Source: Octopus sinensis (taxonomy: Eukaryota). Taken from it: a stretch of 64,000 bases of DNA. Positions within the stretch are counted from its first letter, which is position 1. The number at the start of each line of letters is the position of its first letter. Where the stretch lies: NCBI RefSeq assembly GCF_006345805.1, contig NC_042998.1, positions 133,362,001 through 133,426,000 of the forward strand. Reading direction: 5' to 3'. Below are positions 51,660 through 64,000 of the stretch, piece by piece. A program made the position numbers and the translations under genes. The notes under the pieces are model-generated. The model searched no databases. It worked only from the letters and a program-made list of their open reading frames with translations, and was not told where the DNA came from.

Positions 51660-52430
51660 GTCTGAATAAAACAACATGCAATTTAATACAGAAAAATCTC
51701 CAAATTCCGCTATCAGCTTCCTTATGCTAACATGCCGCAACGAAGACACTTTGGACCAAAAGGAGCAGCAATTACTGAGTCAAATACTGTACTTGATCTG
51801 GGGATTGCTATTATCAGCAACAACGTTTGTTTTTCATGTGTATATTCGAAGATGGTGCCATGTGCTGGCGAATAGCCAGATGGATTTTGAGAACTTTCAG
51901 AACAAGAAATATGAAATTATGCTGGCTCTATTTGAAGATTTCTATCACTGGAACAGCTAAGCTGCTGGAGAGGCTATAAGGGCTACGTGTCAATTCTCTG
52001 GAGCGAAGACAGGAGAGGTATGCAATGATATATACGTATGAAAGATCCTTTGATATCGAGAACTACATTGTTCTGAAGGTCAATGGACGTCAATACACCG
52101 TTTCAAATATCCATCGCTATTCCATCTAGTGTAATGAACATATACTGCATTAACTTGGAATTAAGAGCTCGCGGTTATTTAATACATTGCAAAACCATCT
52201 GAGAGCTCTACATGGAATGGGGTCGATATTTTCAAGAAACAACTTGACCTCCTGCTGTCCAAGGTCCCAGATAAACATATGTCACAGCAAGAATTCAAAG
52301 GCGTTCAATGATATCGAACTCATACATTCGTCAAAAGCCAATCACAAAAGAATGGCCATTGGTAAGGTGATAACTGCTGTGGTGCCCCAGCTTGTCCACA
52401 GCCTTTGGGCTGAAACGCATAAGTAAATAA
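51660..52430 (+). mobile_element. CR1/L2-group LINE 3' fragment, copy 1
   Basis: NNMQFN...DLGIAI...RIARWILRTF.TR...SLERRQERYA...SRLFNTL...VDIFKKQLDLLLSKVPD across frameshifts. Confidence 0.75.
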
Positions 52431-53584
52431 AACAATAAAAGAATTTATTGCATATAATTTTTTTTAACAACAACACATATGTTTAGATTATTTGTTTTCC
52501 CAATAAATTGCACTTCAAGTTTGAAGTTCTCTTGAAAGTGTAAGTTTAATCAGACACCTCAACTACGAGTCTACCACATCTTATTTTATAGTGCAAACAG
52601 CTGTAAGTTAATGAAGTTCATAAGATAATCATTTTATGCATTTCTCATCTTTTGTCGTATATATGTGTATATGTTGTATGTGTGTGCACGCGCGTGGGTG
52701 GTTGTTCGTCATGATGATAACAATAGCTATACTAATCTGAACAATACCTGAAAATTTCACTTATTAGATTTTTATTTCTTTACACAACAATAGTGTTAGT
52801 TATACATTTTCGATATTGCTGTTAGTTCTAAAATTCTGCATACCTGGACACATTTTGTGAAATATGCGTTCAATTAGTAATTAATTAATTACGTGAATAC
52901 TACGAGGCATTTTAGCATTATAAATTAGTATTCATTAGTTGTCATTCATTAATACCAGTGAACTAATGTTGCCTTCTACAGAATTTATATCCGAAAGCGA
53001 CTTCCCGCACATGCTTAAAGATATGTATATATTATATTATATAATATATATATATATAAATATATTATATATCTATATATATATATGTATGCATATATAT
53101 ATAATCTGTGTATGTTTGCACGTATGTAAATATGGCAGCCAGACAGACACAGGTATATATTATTATATTATGCACAAAGGGTGTAATTTCTAATCTGAAT
53201 AATTTATAAACTTCAATTGAAAAGTAATTAAATATGACAACATCTATACCTCTTCGTAAGCTGGAAATTAGTAGAACTAGTCAAAATGCTAACAAGCACA
53301 ATCTAAGTGTGTGTGAGAGCCTATGTATGCATATATATAATGTTGTGGTGTGTGTGTGTGTGTGTGTTGTAGGTGCGTGGGTGTGCGTGCATGTGTGTAC
53401 GCGTGTGTGTGTATGTGCACCAGTTAAAGCAGTGGTTTTTCAACCGTTGTTTGCCTATGGACCCAATTGATTCTTATCCATTTGATGTTTAGAAATCCTA
53501 TTAAAAAAGTTTGAATTCAAATATTAGGAATTGTAGTTAAAATTTTAAAGATATTTTATGTATTATAAGTATAACCAATTTGGT

Positions 53585-54360
53585 CTGAATAAAACAACAT
53601 GCAATTTAATACAGAAAAATCTCCAAATTCCGCTATCAGCTTCCTTATGCTAACATGCCGCAACGAAGACACTTTGGACCAAAAGGAGCAGCAATTACTG
53701 AGTCAAATACTGTACTTGATCTGGGGATTGCTATTATCAGCAACAACGTTTTGTTTCATGTGTATATTACGAAGATGGTGCCAATGTGCTGGCGAATAGC
53801 CAGATGGATTTTGAGAACTTTCAGAACAAGGAAATATGAAATTATGCTGGCTCTATTTGAAGATTTCTATCACTGGAACAGCTAAGCTGCTGGGAGAGGC
53901 TATAAGGGCTACGTGTCAATTCTCTGGAGCGAAGACAGGAGAGGTATGCAATGATATATACGTATGAAAGATCCTTTGATATCGAGAACTACATTGTTCT
54001 GAAGGTCAATGGACGTCAATACACCGTTTCAAATATCCATCGCTATTCCATCTAGTGTAATGAACATATACTGCATTAACTTGGAATTAAGAGCTCGCGG
54101 TTATTTAATACATTGCAAAACCATCTGAGAGCTCTACATGGAATAGGGGTCGATATTTTCAAGAAACAACTTGACCTCCTGCTGTCCAAGGTCCCAGATA
54201 AACATATGTCACAGCAAGAAATTCAAAGGCGTTCAATGATATCGAACTCATACATTCGTCAAAAGCCAATCACAAAAGAATGGCCATTGGTAAGGTGATA
54301 ACTGCTGTGGTGCCCCAGCTTGTCCACAGCCTTTGGGCTGAAACGCATAAGTAAATAAAA
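53585..54360 (+). mobile_element. CR1/L2-group LINE 3' fragment, copy 2 (in the duplication)
   Basis: Near-identical to 51660-52430. Confidence 0.75.
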
Positions 54361-54943
54361 CAATAAAAGAATTTATTGCATATAATTTTTTTTAACAACA
54401 ACATATGTTTAGATGTATTTGTTTTCCCAAATAAATTGCACTTCAAGTTTGAAGTTCTCTTGAAAGTGTAAGTTGTTAATCAGACATTCAACTACGAGTC
54501 TACCACATCTTATTTTATAGTGCAAACAGCTGTAAGTTAATGAAGTTCATAAGATAATCATTTTATGCATTCTCATCTTTTGTCGTATATATGTGTATAT
54601 GTTGTATGTGTGTGCACGCGCGTGGGGGTTGTTGTTCGATGATGATAACAATAGCTATACTAATCTGAACAATACCTGAAAATTTCACTTATTAGATTTT
54701 TATTTCTTTACACAACAATAGTGTAGTTATACATTTTCGATATTGCTGTTAGTTCTAAAATTTGCATACCTGGACACATTTTGTGAAATATGCGTTCAAT
54801 TAGTAATTAATTAATTACGTGAATACTACGAGGCATTTTAGCATTATAAATTAGTATTCATTAGTTGTCATTCATTATACCAGTGAACTATGTTGCCTTC
54901 TACAGCTTTTATCCGAAAGCGACTTCCCGCACATGCTTAAAGA

Positions 54944-55020
<77 letters not shown>

Positions 55021-55264
55021 TGCATATATATAATCTGTGTATGTTTGCACGTATGTAAATATGCAGCCAGACAGACACAGGTATATATTATTATATTATG
55101 CACAAAGGGGTGTATATTTGCTAATCTGAATAATTTATAAACTTCAAATTGAAAAGTAATTAAATATGACAACATCTATACCTCTTCGTAAGCTGGAAAT
55201 TAGTAGAACTAGTCAAAATGCTAACAAGCACAATCTAAGTGTGTGTGAGAGCCTATGTATGTGC

Positions 55265-55308
<44 letters not shown>

Positions 55309-56004
55309 ATATATGCATACATATATACACACATACACACACGCACACATACATAGATACATACACACACACACACCACACACACACACATATATGTATA
55401 TATATATATAGCGAGAGAGAGAGAGATATACACAAACGCAGACTTTAGTTGTTAAGTTGTACTTCTTACTACAACCTCTAAGATAGATAGAATTCAATAC
55501 CGGTTAATTATGGGTTAAATCATATTGAGTTAATTGGGCGATTCAATGTTTTACAGAGATGTAAGACGGTCAGTTGGCAGAGTTCTTAGAACGTCGAATA
55601 GATCACTTTGTGGTAACAGTTCCGGTCTCCGCTTTCAGAGTTCACATTTCACAGGGTGACCTTTGCCTTCATCATTTCAAGATCACTAAAGTACAGTCTT
55701 GTTCTGGGGGCAATTCTTGTCTTTATGCCAGTCTTTCTTTCAGTGGCTCTCTTTTTCCTTTGCTTATACGAATAAATGAGACCAACTACTGACACCTACC
55801 GCTTCCTCTGCCAACAACTCCCGCTTCCACTAAGCAGGAGCAACAACATCTGAACAGTTATAATCTGATCTAGATAAATTTTTTATCTTCTTTTCTTTCC
55901 ATTACTCTGTTCATCTCGCACATAAACATATAGGGACACACATAAGTACACACAAACACACACACACGCATATATATAAAAATATATATACCTTTTTCTT
56001 TTTC

Positions 56005-56402
56005 TTTTTTTCCATTTACTTGTTCCAGTCATTTGACTGCGGTCATGCTGGAGTTTCGCATTGAAGGGCTTTTTGGACGAACAAATCGACCAAAGGACTT
56101 ATTTCTTAAACCTAGTACTTATTCTATCGGTCTGTTTTTCCGAACCGCTAAGGTACGTGGACGTAAACAGACCGGCACCAGTTGTCAAGCGGTGATAGGG
56201 GTACAAACCCAAGCAAAAAGATAACACACACATATATGTATACTTGTGACAGGCTACTTCCAGTTTCCGTCTACCAAATCCACTCGCAAGACTTTGATTG
56301 GACCGAGTCTATAGGAGAAGACACTTGCCCAAGATGTCACGCAGTGGGAATGAGCCTAGAACCATGTGGTTGGGAAGCAAGCTTCTTATTATACAGCCAC
56401 GC
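56005..56402 (-). mobile_element. SINE family B, near full length
   Basis: Tail, internal CA/TA microsatellite and CORE-like head. Confidence 0.82.
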
Positions 56403-57618
56403 CCATATACATATATACATACTCACATACACACGCACATGCGCACACATATATGACATTTAACAGAAGTAAAGAAAATGGAAATAAGTTAATAATTGTT
56501 TATTATCAACAAATTGCTCATCTTCGATTCTTTACAGCCGTTTCAATTAATGCTCAAAAATCAAATTACAGATTTTTACTTTAAATTTACAGTTATGTGA
56601 CATGAGTATAATTTCATCAGAGACAAAAAAAATGTACCTTTGGATGTTAATTATTGTCTTAACAATTCATTTCAGCAGACTACTGAATTTTTAAGGGAAT
56701 TTCATTCCACCAAAATACTAGGTATTGAACAAGTATTTCCTGAGTTGCAACAATCCCTTGAAGGTTAACATATCCTCTACTTAAATATGTATGTATGCAT
56801 GTATGTATGTATGTATGTATGTATGTATGTATGTATGTATGTATGTATGTATGTATGTATGTATAAGGGGGCAGTGGAGAAACGAAAGAAAGTGGTACTC
56901 AACAGATTTCGTAAGAGTACGTCTACTGTTGAGAAGAATTTGCTTCGGCCGTATGCGGCTTAGAGATTCGCACGTTTCTGCATGAAGCCTACTTAACTTT
57001 AATTCGCATGGAGGCGAATCAAATTGTTTTAAATAATACATTATTTTTTCGTACACACACACACACACTGACACACACAGACACACACACACACACACAC
57101 ACATACAAACACAGATATATGTGTCTGTGTGTGTGTGTTTGTGTGTCTGAATGCATGTATGTCTATATATATAATATATATATATACGTGTATACGTACA
57201 TACATCTATACATATACACCACAAAATATATAAACTGTGTATATGCGATCGATAATGTTTACATTACCTAGAGCTGCCTTTAATTCGTAATTTTATTTAC
57301 TCTAGTTTGTGCTACGCCGCAACATATCAGCAATTAGTTTTCGTTCTCTTTGTATTTAAGTCATAGACCAGAGATTCAATTCGTTTCAGTTTGATCTGAG
57401 TGCGTGGTATTGATAAGCCGAAACAAACGCGAAATATCGGTATCCAGCACTCTCCGATTCAATTCGAAGTGAGTTGTTTCGTATCAGATGTTCTTCAACA
57501 CTCAGTGTTGTGTAGAGAGTTATCCCCGAGGCTACGCCGCCGCAAATTCGGTGTATAAACAAAACACACACACATACACTATATATGTATATATAATATA
57601 TGTGTGTGCGTGTGTGTG

Positions 57619-57650
<32 letters not shown>

Positions 57651-58149
57651 GTGTGTATGTATGTATATGTATATGTAAAGACAAGCAAGTTAGGCAAGTC
57701 GATATACAACAAATATGAATAACTTTTAATACAATAAATGTGTATATGTATACTTATAAAAAAAAAGTCCGACTTACGTAGGAAGGAAATGGTAACAGGA
57801 ATAAACAGGGGGTTGAGTAGAGTTTTACGAGTCCAACAGTCGTTTCTGGCGAGCTTGGTGGTCCCAAATAATGCTTGTAACTTGATTCCATCATCGGGTA
57901 CCACCATCCTCCATCTTCAGGTGCCTCGATAATGCATCCATTACAAATATTTACTTCTTACTCTTTGTGGTAAACTACTTTGCAATACTTTCCCAGTAAG
58001 AAATATTATTGATTGAGAGATGGTGACATTTTCTGAAGAAGAGTGTAGTTGCTGTAACATGATCACCGTATCAATGAACAAATTACTTCCGGTGACAATT
58101 AAGTCCACAATAATTTTCAAATCCATTGCAGTCTTTATTAATCTATTTA

Positions 58150-58562
58150 TATGCTCTTTACTCTTTTACTTGTTTCAGACATTTGACTGCGGCCATGCTG
58201 GAGCACCGCCTTTAGTCGAGCAAATCGACCCCGGGACTTATTCTTTTGTAAGCCCAGTACTTATTCTATCGGTCTCTTTTGCCGAACCGCTAAGTGACGG
58301 GGACGTAAACACACCAGCATCGGTTGTCAAGCAATGCTAGGGGGACAAACACAGACACACAAACATATACACACGCATACATATATATATACATATATAC
58401 GACAGGCTTCTTTCAGTTTCCGTCTACAAAATCCACTCACAAGGCATTGGTCGGCCGGGGCTATAGCAGAAGACACTTGCCCAAGATGCCATGCAGTGGG
58501 ACTGAACCCGGTACCATGGGGTTGGTAAGCAAGCTACTTACCATACAGCCACTCCTGCGCCT
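58150..58562 (-). mobile_element. SINE family B, full length and well preserved
   Basis: Head AGGCGCAGGAGTGGCTGTATGGTAAG, B-box GGTTCAGTCCC, CORE-like CTTGGGCAAGTGTCTT, tail ...CTGAAACAAGTAAAAGAG. Confidence 0.9.
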
Positions 58563-59036
58563 ATATTTATTTATCACTACTCATGCATTCTTCAGGTTGC
58601 AAAAGTCTAAAGACTCGGTAATTTTTATGGCAACACGATAAGCCACAATATTTAACAAAACAATTAAATATTTAATATCTGCGATGTCAATAAATACATT
58701 TGATAAATCATTTATCCATATGGGTATAGGCAAATGAAGTCAATGGTTGAAGCTGAAATTCTTCTCATGTACCCCTATACATTCACCCAAACACACACTC
58801 GCACGACGCACCCACATACAATACAACCATCCATCACATATAATGTGGGTATACACACATATATATGTGTTTGCATATATGTATATCTATGTATATATAT
58901 ATATATATATATTATAATATATATATAATTATATATATATATATATGTATGTATGTATGTATGTTATATATATATGTATGTATGTAATGTATATATATAT
59001 TATATATATATATATTATATATTATATATAATATAT

Positions 59037-59205
59037 AGGCGCAGGAGTGGCTGTGTGGTAAGTAGTTTGTTTACCAACCACATGGTTCCGGTTCAGTCCC
59101 ACTGCATGGCACCTTGGGCAGGTGTCTTCTACTATAGCCTCGGGCCGACCAAAGCCATGTGAATGGAAAGAGGCCCGGAAACTGAAACTGAAAGAAGCCC
59201 GTCGT
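59037..59205 (+). mobile_element. SINE family B head
   Basis: About 89% identical by eye to the reverse complement of 58425-58562. Confidence 0.88.
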
Positions 59206-59276
59206 ATATATGTATATATATATATATATATACATACATACATACATACATACATACATCTATATATACATACATA

Positions 59277-59312
<36 letters not shown>

Positions 59313-60147
59313 ATACAAACACCTGTACGATAATATGTGGTGTGTTAGGATAATATACACGGGCGAACCTTTTGTACAGACGCTGTAATGCTTGTCAACC
59401 TAAGTTTCTGTTAGCACCTCTGACAGTCTAGGCGCTAAATTTTTCTGTTATTTAATTATTTTGAGACAGGTTTTATTGCAAAGATATGTTTCCTAGGTGA
59501 TAAATATACCTTTGTAATTTAATAGGCGATGTATATATATAAATATACTCGGATGTGTGTGTGTGTGTGTGTGTGGGTGTTTGTGCATGTGTCTGTTTAT
59601 ATGCGTGTGCGTGTGTGAGTCGATATCAGAGAGAAACATACATAATAATAATGATGATAATATTAATAATAATAATCCTTTGTGCTATAGACACAAGGCC
59701 TGAAATTTTGAGCGTGGGGTGGGCTGATGAAAGGAATCCTAAAAAAGAGACCGAGAGCACGATATTAGAAGCGCAAGGCCAAGCTTGGCCGCGAACTGGG
59801 GAATCAACCTTCGGAATGTGCAAGAGTCTCCGCTGTGCTGCATCTATAATAGAGTAAATGAAACCATTGCCCATGTCACAAACGCATGCCATTATCATCA
59901 TCATCATGATGACCATGATGATAAGGATTTTAAAAAAATTAAAGATACCATATAGCACATAAATACAAACTAATTGGGTGAGTCACAAAGCATGGCAGAA
60001 GAACCGGTTACATAAAACGAGCGGAGGGTTAAAAGACGTTATACAATTGAATACAGGGACAAATTGTTTTTTTTTTAAATTGTGAAAAATATAAACGCAC
60101 AAAGATTACATAAACATACTCCTTAATTGAACAAAATATAATTTAAA

Positions 60148-60541
60148 TCTTTATATATAAAAGTGAAGTTGTGTGTCTGTCTCCTACGATTTAGATTCCT
60201 AACTACTCCCACATTTTGCGGTGCAGTGTAACCAAAAGCGGGTATCTTATAGTCGTGATTCATATCGAGCCCTTCTGGGTAATAGCGCGCGTCTACGATG
60301 AATCTACGATTAAAAAAAAATTCACCATGATTTTTTCCCATTTTTAATGCATTTTTGTGCTATTATATAAGGGAATTAACTCTCTAAAAATGTATTGCTA
60401 AATCTCAGAACGTAAAAAGCTACAGTAACACCCTCCTTTGTGGTTAGCCATATTGAGATGGCTATTATACTTTACATCTCTAAAAATGCTTATATAGTTA
60501 TTTCCCTTACAAACCCGAGCAACGCCGGGCGATACTGCTAG
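60148..60541 (+). mobile_element. Complete non-autonomous Helitron (394 bp)
   Basis: 5' TC; subterminal hairpin CCCG-AGCAACGC-CGGG 60514-60529; 3' CTAG; inserted between A (60147) and T (60542); no TSD. Confidence 0.88.
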
Positions 60542-60819
60542 TAAGCAATAAAATATGAAGGTTTCTTATGCATACAGAGTTTGAGAAATCAGTTGCTAAG
60601 CTAGACAAGAACTGCCTGCTTATCACCGCTCTTAGAGGAGCCTCCTCGTACACCCTAAAATGCTCGTTCATATTTTGTTTATGGGTTGATCAAGAAACAA
60701 TCTATATCTTCGCGATACCCCTGCTTTAACAGGTTACAATAAATTTCTGTTGTTTTGTCTTTGAAATGTCTCCTCTATTCCGAATCGACTTATCTTCCAA
60801 CTACCAGTATTCATGTAAG

Positions 60820-60945
60820 GTCGATGTCTGAGTTCAAATTCTCCTGAAGTCAACTTTACTTTTCATTCTTTTGTATTCGATGAAATAAATATCGGTTGAG
60901 CATTTGGGTACATGTAATCGATTTCCCCACTCACCTTTCTCTCTT
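60820..60945 (+). mobile_element. SINE family A, 5'-truncated
   Basis: TCTGAGTTCAAATTCTCC...GAGCATTTGGGTACATGTAATCG. Confidence 0.65.
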
Positions 60946-61037
60946 TATTACATTTTATTACATTATTTTTATGCTTAAAATGGTGTCGTCTTTCATACTG
61001 ACCAATCTTGCCACACTTACCCATTTTTTATTGAAGC

Positions 61038-61515
<478 letters not shown>

Positions 61516-62029
61516 GTATATGTATGTAGATGCGGATGTATACATCTAAGTTCCAAGTGTTCGCAACTGTTCTTTACTTACCCCTACCACAGAACAGCAG
61601 TTTAAGAAATTCATAAATGTGTTATGTGCCTCTTTGTCTCTAAAATGACTGTCTTTCGACATCCATTATTGCTCCTTTGCCAATAGCATCCGTCATCACA
61701 TCACTGTTCATATCGACAATATGTCGCCGTCACATTTCTTCGTGTTTGTTGAACTTTATATCAACGTTTCTTGCTTGTTGGATGTTTGTTGTTGTTTGTT
61801 GCTGTGTTAGCCGTTCTACGGATGTGGAATGACTGCGTACGATAACATAAATAAATATATTTCTACCCATGGGCTAATTTTGTGACGTGCCACAACCTAT
61901 CATATTTTCACTACTGATGTCTTCAGATAATGCGAATTATCATTCAGCATTGTAGCCTTTGGGACGCGGTTTCAAATTTCGATTTTTACATACCCTCTTT
62001 CTGTCTCCCTTTGTCTTCTATCCCCCCCT

Positions 62030-62106
62030 CCCCCTCTCTCTCTCTTTCTCTCTCTCTCTCTGTCTGTCTGTCTGTCTGTCTCTTTCTCTCTCTGTCTCTC
62101 TCTCTG

Positions 62107-62154
<48 letters not shown>

Positions 62155-62638
62155 CTCTTTCTCTCTCTCCACGCCTTATTACTGTTATTTCTCATCAGCA
62201 GTCATCCATATTCTTTCCTCTTCCGTATATCTTTTGTAAATTATTCCCGCAGTCACTCTCTATTTTTTTTCAATATCGCTCATTTTTTTTATTTCTTCTG
62301 TTTTTCATGTTGACATCACTTATTTCTTCAATGCTACCCTTTCCTTCATATTCCAGTATTACTTATTCTCATTCTCTTTCTCACTCCATCAAAAAATTTT
62401 CTGTACTCCAAAGTTCTTTATTTTCTTCATATCGTTCGTTCACCAAATCTCTGTTCCACTCACACGCTCACTCACTCACTCACTATCTCACTCACTCACT
62501 CACTCACTCTCTCACTCACTCACTCACTCACTCACTCACTCACTCACTCACTCACTCACTCACTCATGCACTCACTCACACACACACTCTTTCTCTCTCT
62601 CTCTCAATCTCTTTATCTATCTCTATCTCCCTCTCTAT

Positions 62639-62706
<68 letters not shown>

Positions 62707-62720
62707 TATCTCTCTATTTA
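62030..62720. repeat. (CT)n, (CTCA)n and (TCTA)n microsatellites
   Basis: Read directly. Confidence 0.92.
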
Positions 62721-62956
62721 TCTATCTGTCTGTGCACACACACATATATGTAAATAATTTGGACAAATAAGTATACGTCGATTTGTGTGTTTAAATGTTG
62801 AGTAGAGCACGCGCACAGTTTAGGCTACTTGTTGTCGTCCACGGTTGAATTTTTTCCATTTCTATAATACTGTTTGCTTTTATTCATTCCGTAACATAAT
62901 CGGCATACAACAAGCTCGCCGACACAAAAAATCTCTAGTGAGATATCTTTACCAAT

Positions 62957-63001
62957 GTACCTGAAGTGACTCAGACTGATGGGTCGAAACATATGTTGTA
63001 C
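62957..63001 (+). ncRNA. Minimal type I hammerhead motif with an A9U change
   Basis: GUAC-CUGAAGU-GACUCA GACUGA UGGGUC-GAAA-CAUAUG-UU^GUAC. Confidence 0.65.
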
Positions 63002-63047
63002 CTAATAAAGGTCTAATACGAAATCCATTTCCTATTATTTCATAGTC

Positions 63048-63144
<97 letters not shown>

Positions 63145-64000
63145 ACAGACAGACAGTCAGACAGATCCGAATAAGATCCGAAAAGATCTTGTTATAAGTA
63201 GTTACTGAGTATCAAGAATATACTCAGTCTCTATAGATGAAATAAAGCAGGTGATGCTCTATTAACAAGATTTATTCATCACCATATGGTATATATCTAG
63301 TCTTATATCAGATTTGATGGGAATTTCTATTAGATATCTGTCACTATACAACCCACTGTTTAACAAAGAAGACTGTTAATTGTGCAGCTATATATTAAAG
63401 GGTGTAGGGAAATTGAAGGTAAATACAAGCTACATACGTTTCCAAGACAATCTGAACATGTCTTACGCATCTCAAATTTGTAGCATTTACATATGCAGTT
63501 TAGCATTTCTTCAAGTTGGATTAGCTTCGGTTAATACTGTCGCAAGCAGAGATGTGAAAAATTTACTGGTTTCGACCACAGCAGAATGGCAAGTGAAAAC
63601 AGCTAGGTCAAATAACCTATAAGATTCATTATCAAATTCATTATAACATTTGAGAGAAAAAATTATAATAGAAAGAATATAGGCATTGGAGGAAGTGCGC
63701 GGAGAGGACAAAGGATGCAAGATCTATCAAAATAAGGTGATAAAACTGGAATTACGGCACCAGATTTGTAGCAGTAGATATAAAGCATAAAGTAACACAT
63801 ACTCAAGTAAGATAGATATCTTACAAGCTCAAAATTACCGAAGCCGTAAGTACTAGCACGTATAGAAAAATGGTGGATATATAAAAAAATTAATCAATAG
63901 ATAATTAAACCAAAGAAGATATAAATACATACGTATACAGAAGAATCATGCGAAGAATATAAAGAAATGCATAAACATATATATTGGGTTGGCAACTAAG

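Larger units (their letters stand above)
51410..55270 (+). repeat. Near-identical direct tandem duplication, unit ~1.92-1.93 kb
   Basis: Matching ORF starts at 51676/53599, 52187/54113 and 53234/55166; junction in TG/TA microsatellite near 53340. Confidence 0.97.

Noticed and set aside
56895-56932. Small hairpin CTCAACAG...CTGTTGAG
   Set aside because: Short and bulged, with no ncRNA motif; expected by chance
59722-59745. CTGATGA followed by AAGGAATCCT
   Set aside because: No GAAA or stem III follows; not a hammerhead
61959-62753. 264-aa ORF, the longest in the track
   Set aside because: Built from CT, CTCA and TCTA microsatellites (poly-SL, THSL, YLSI)

Overview
Eukaryotic, AT-rich, repeat-saturated DNA. 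The SINE families and dense microsatellites point to a coleoid cephalopod, probably Octopus (inferred, not database-checked). No host gene can be identified with confidence; one 141-codon non-repetitive ORF at 21474-21899 (-) is a candidate exon. Most ORFs in the track are microsatellite artefacts or decayed transposon frames. DNA transposons: a DD41D rosa-type mariner with TIRs and TA TSD, two internally deleted DD37D maT copies, a hAT-like element, a Kolobok-like MITE, a MITE carrying a telomere-like array, and Helitrons. Retroelements: R4/Dong-like LINE ends inside (TAA)n, RTE and CR1/L2-like LINE ends, several Penelope-like element (PLE) remnants, and three tRNA-derived SINE families. A near-identical 1.93-kb tandem duplication is also present. 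The main result is a set of hammerhead ribozyme motifs. The most unusual, at 9288-9363, has all core nucleotides and three stems but in a non-circularly permuted, pseudoknotted order, with a putative kink-turn in an extended stem III. A complete canonical type I hammerhead lies at 19134-19186, and U3-A8 covariant hammerheads lie in both inverted terminal repeats of a PLE at 16198-17650. All family calls come from motif recognition by eye, and many boundaries are approximate.
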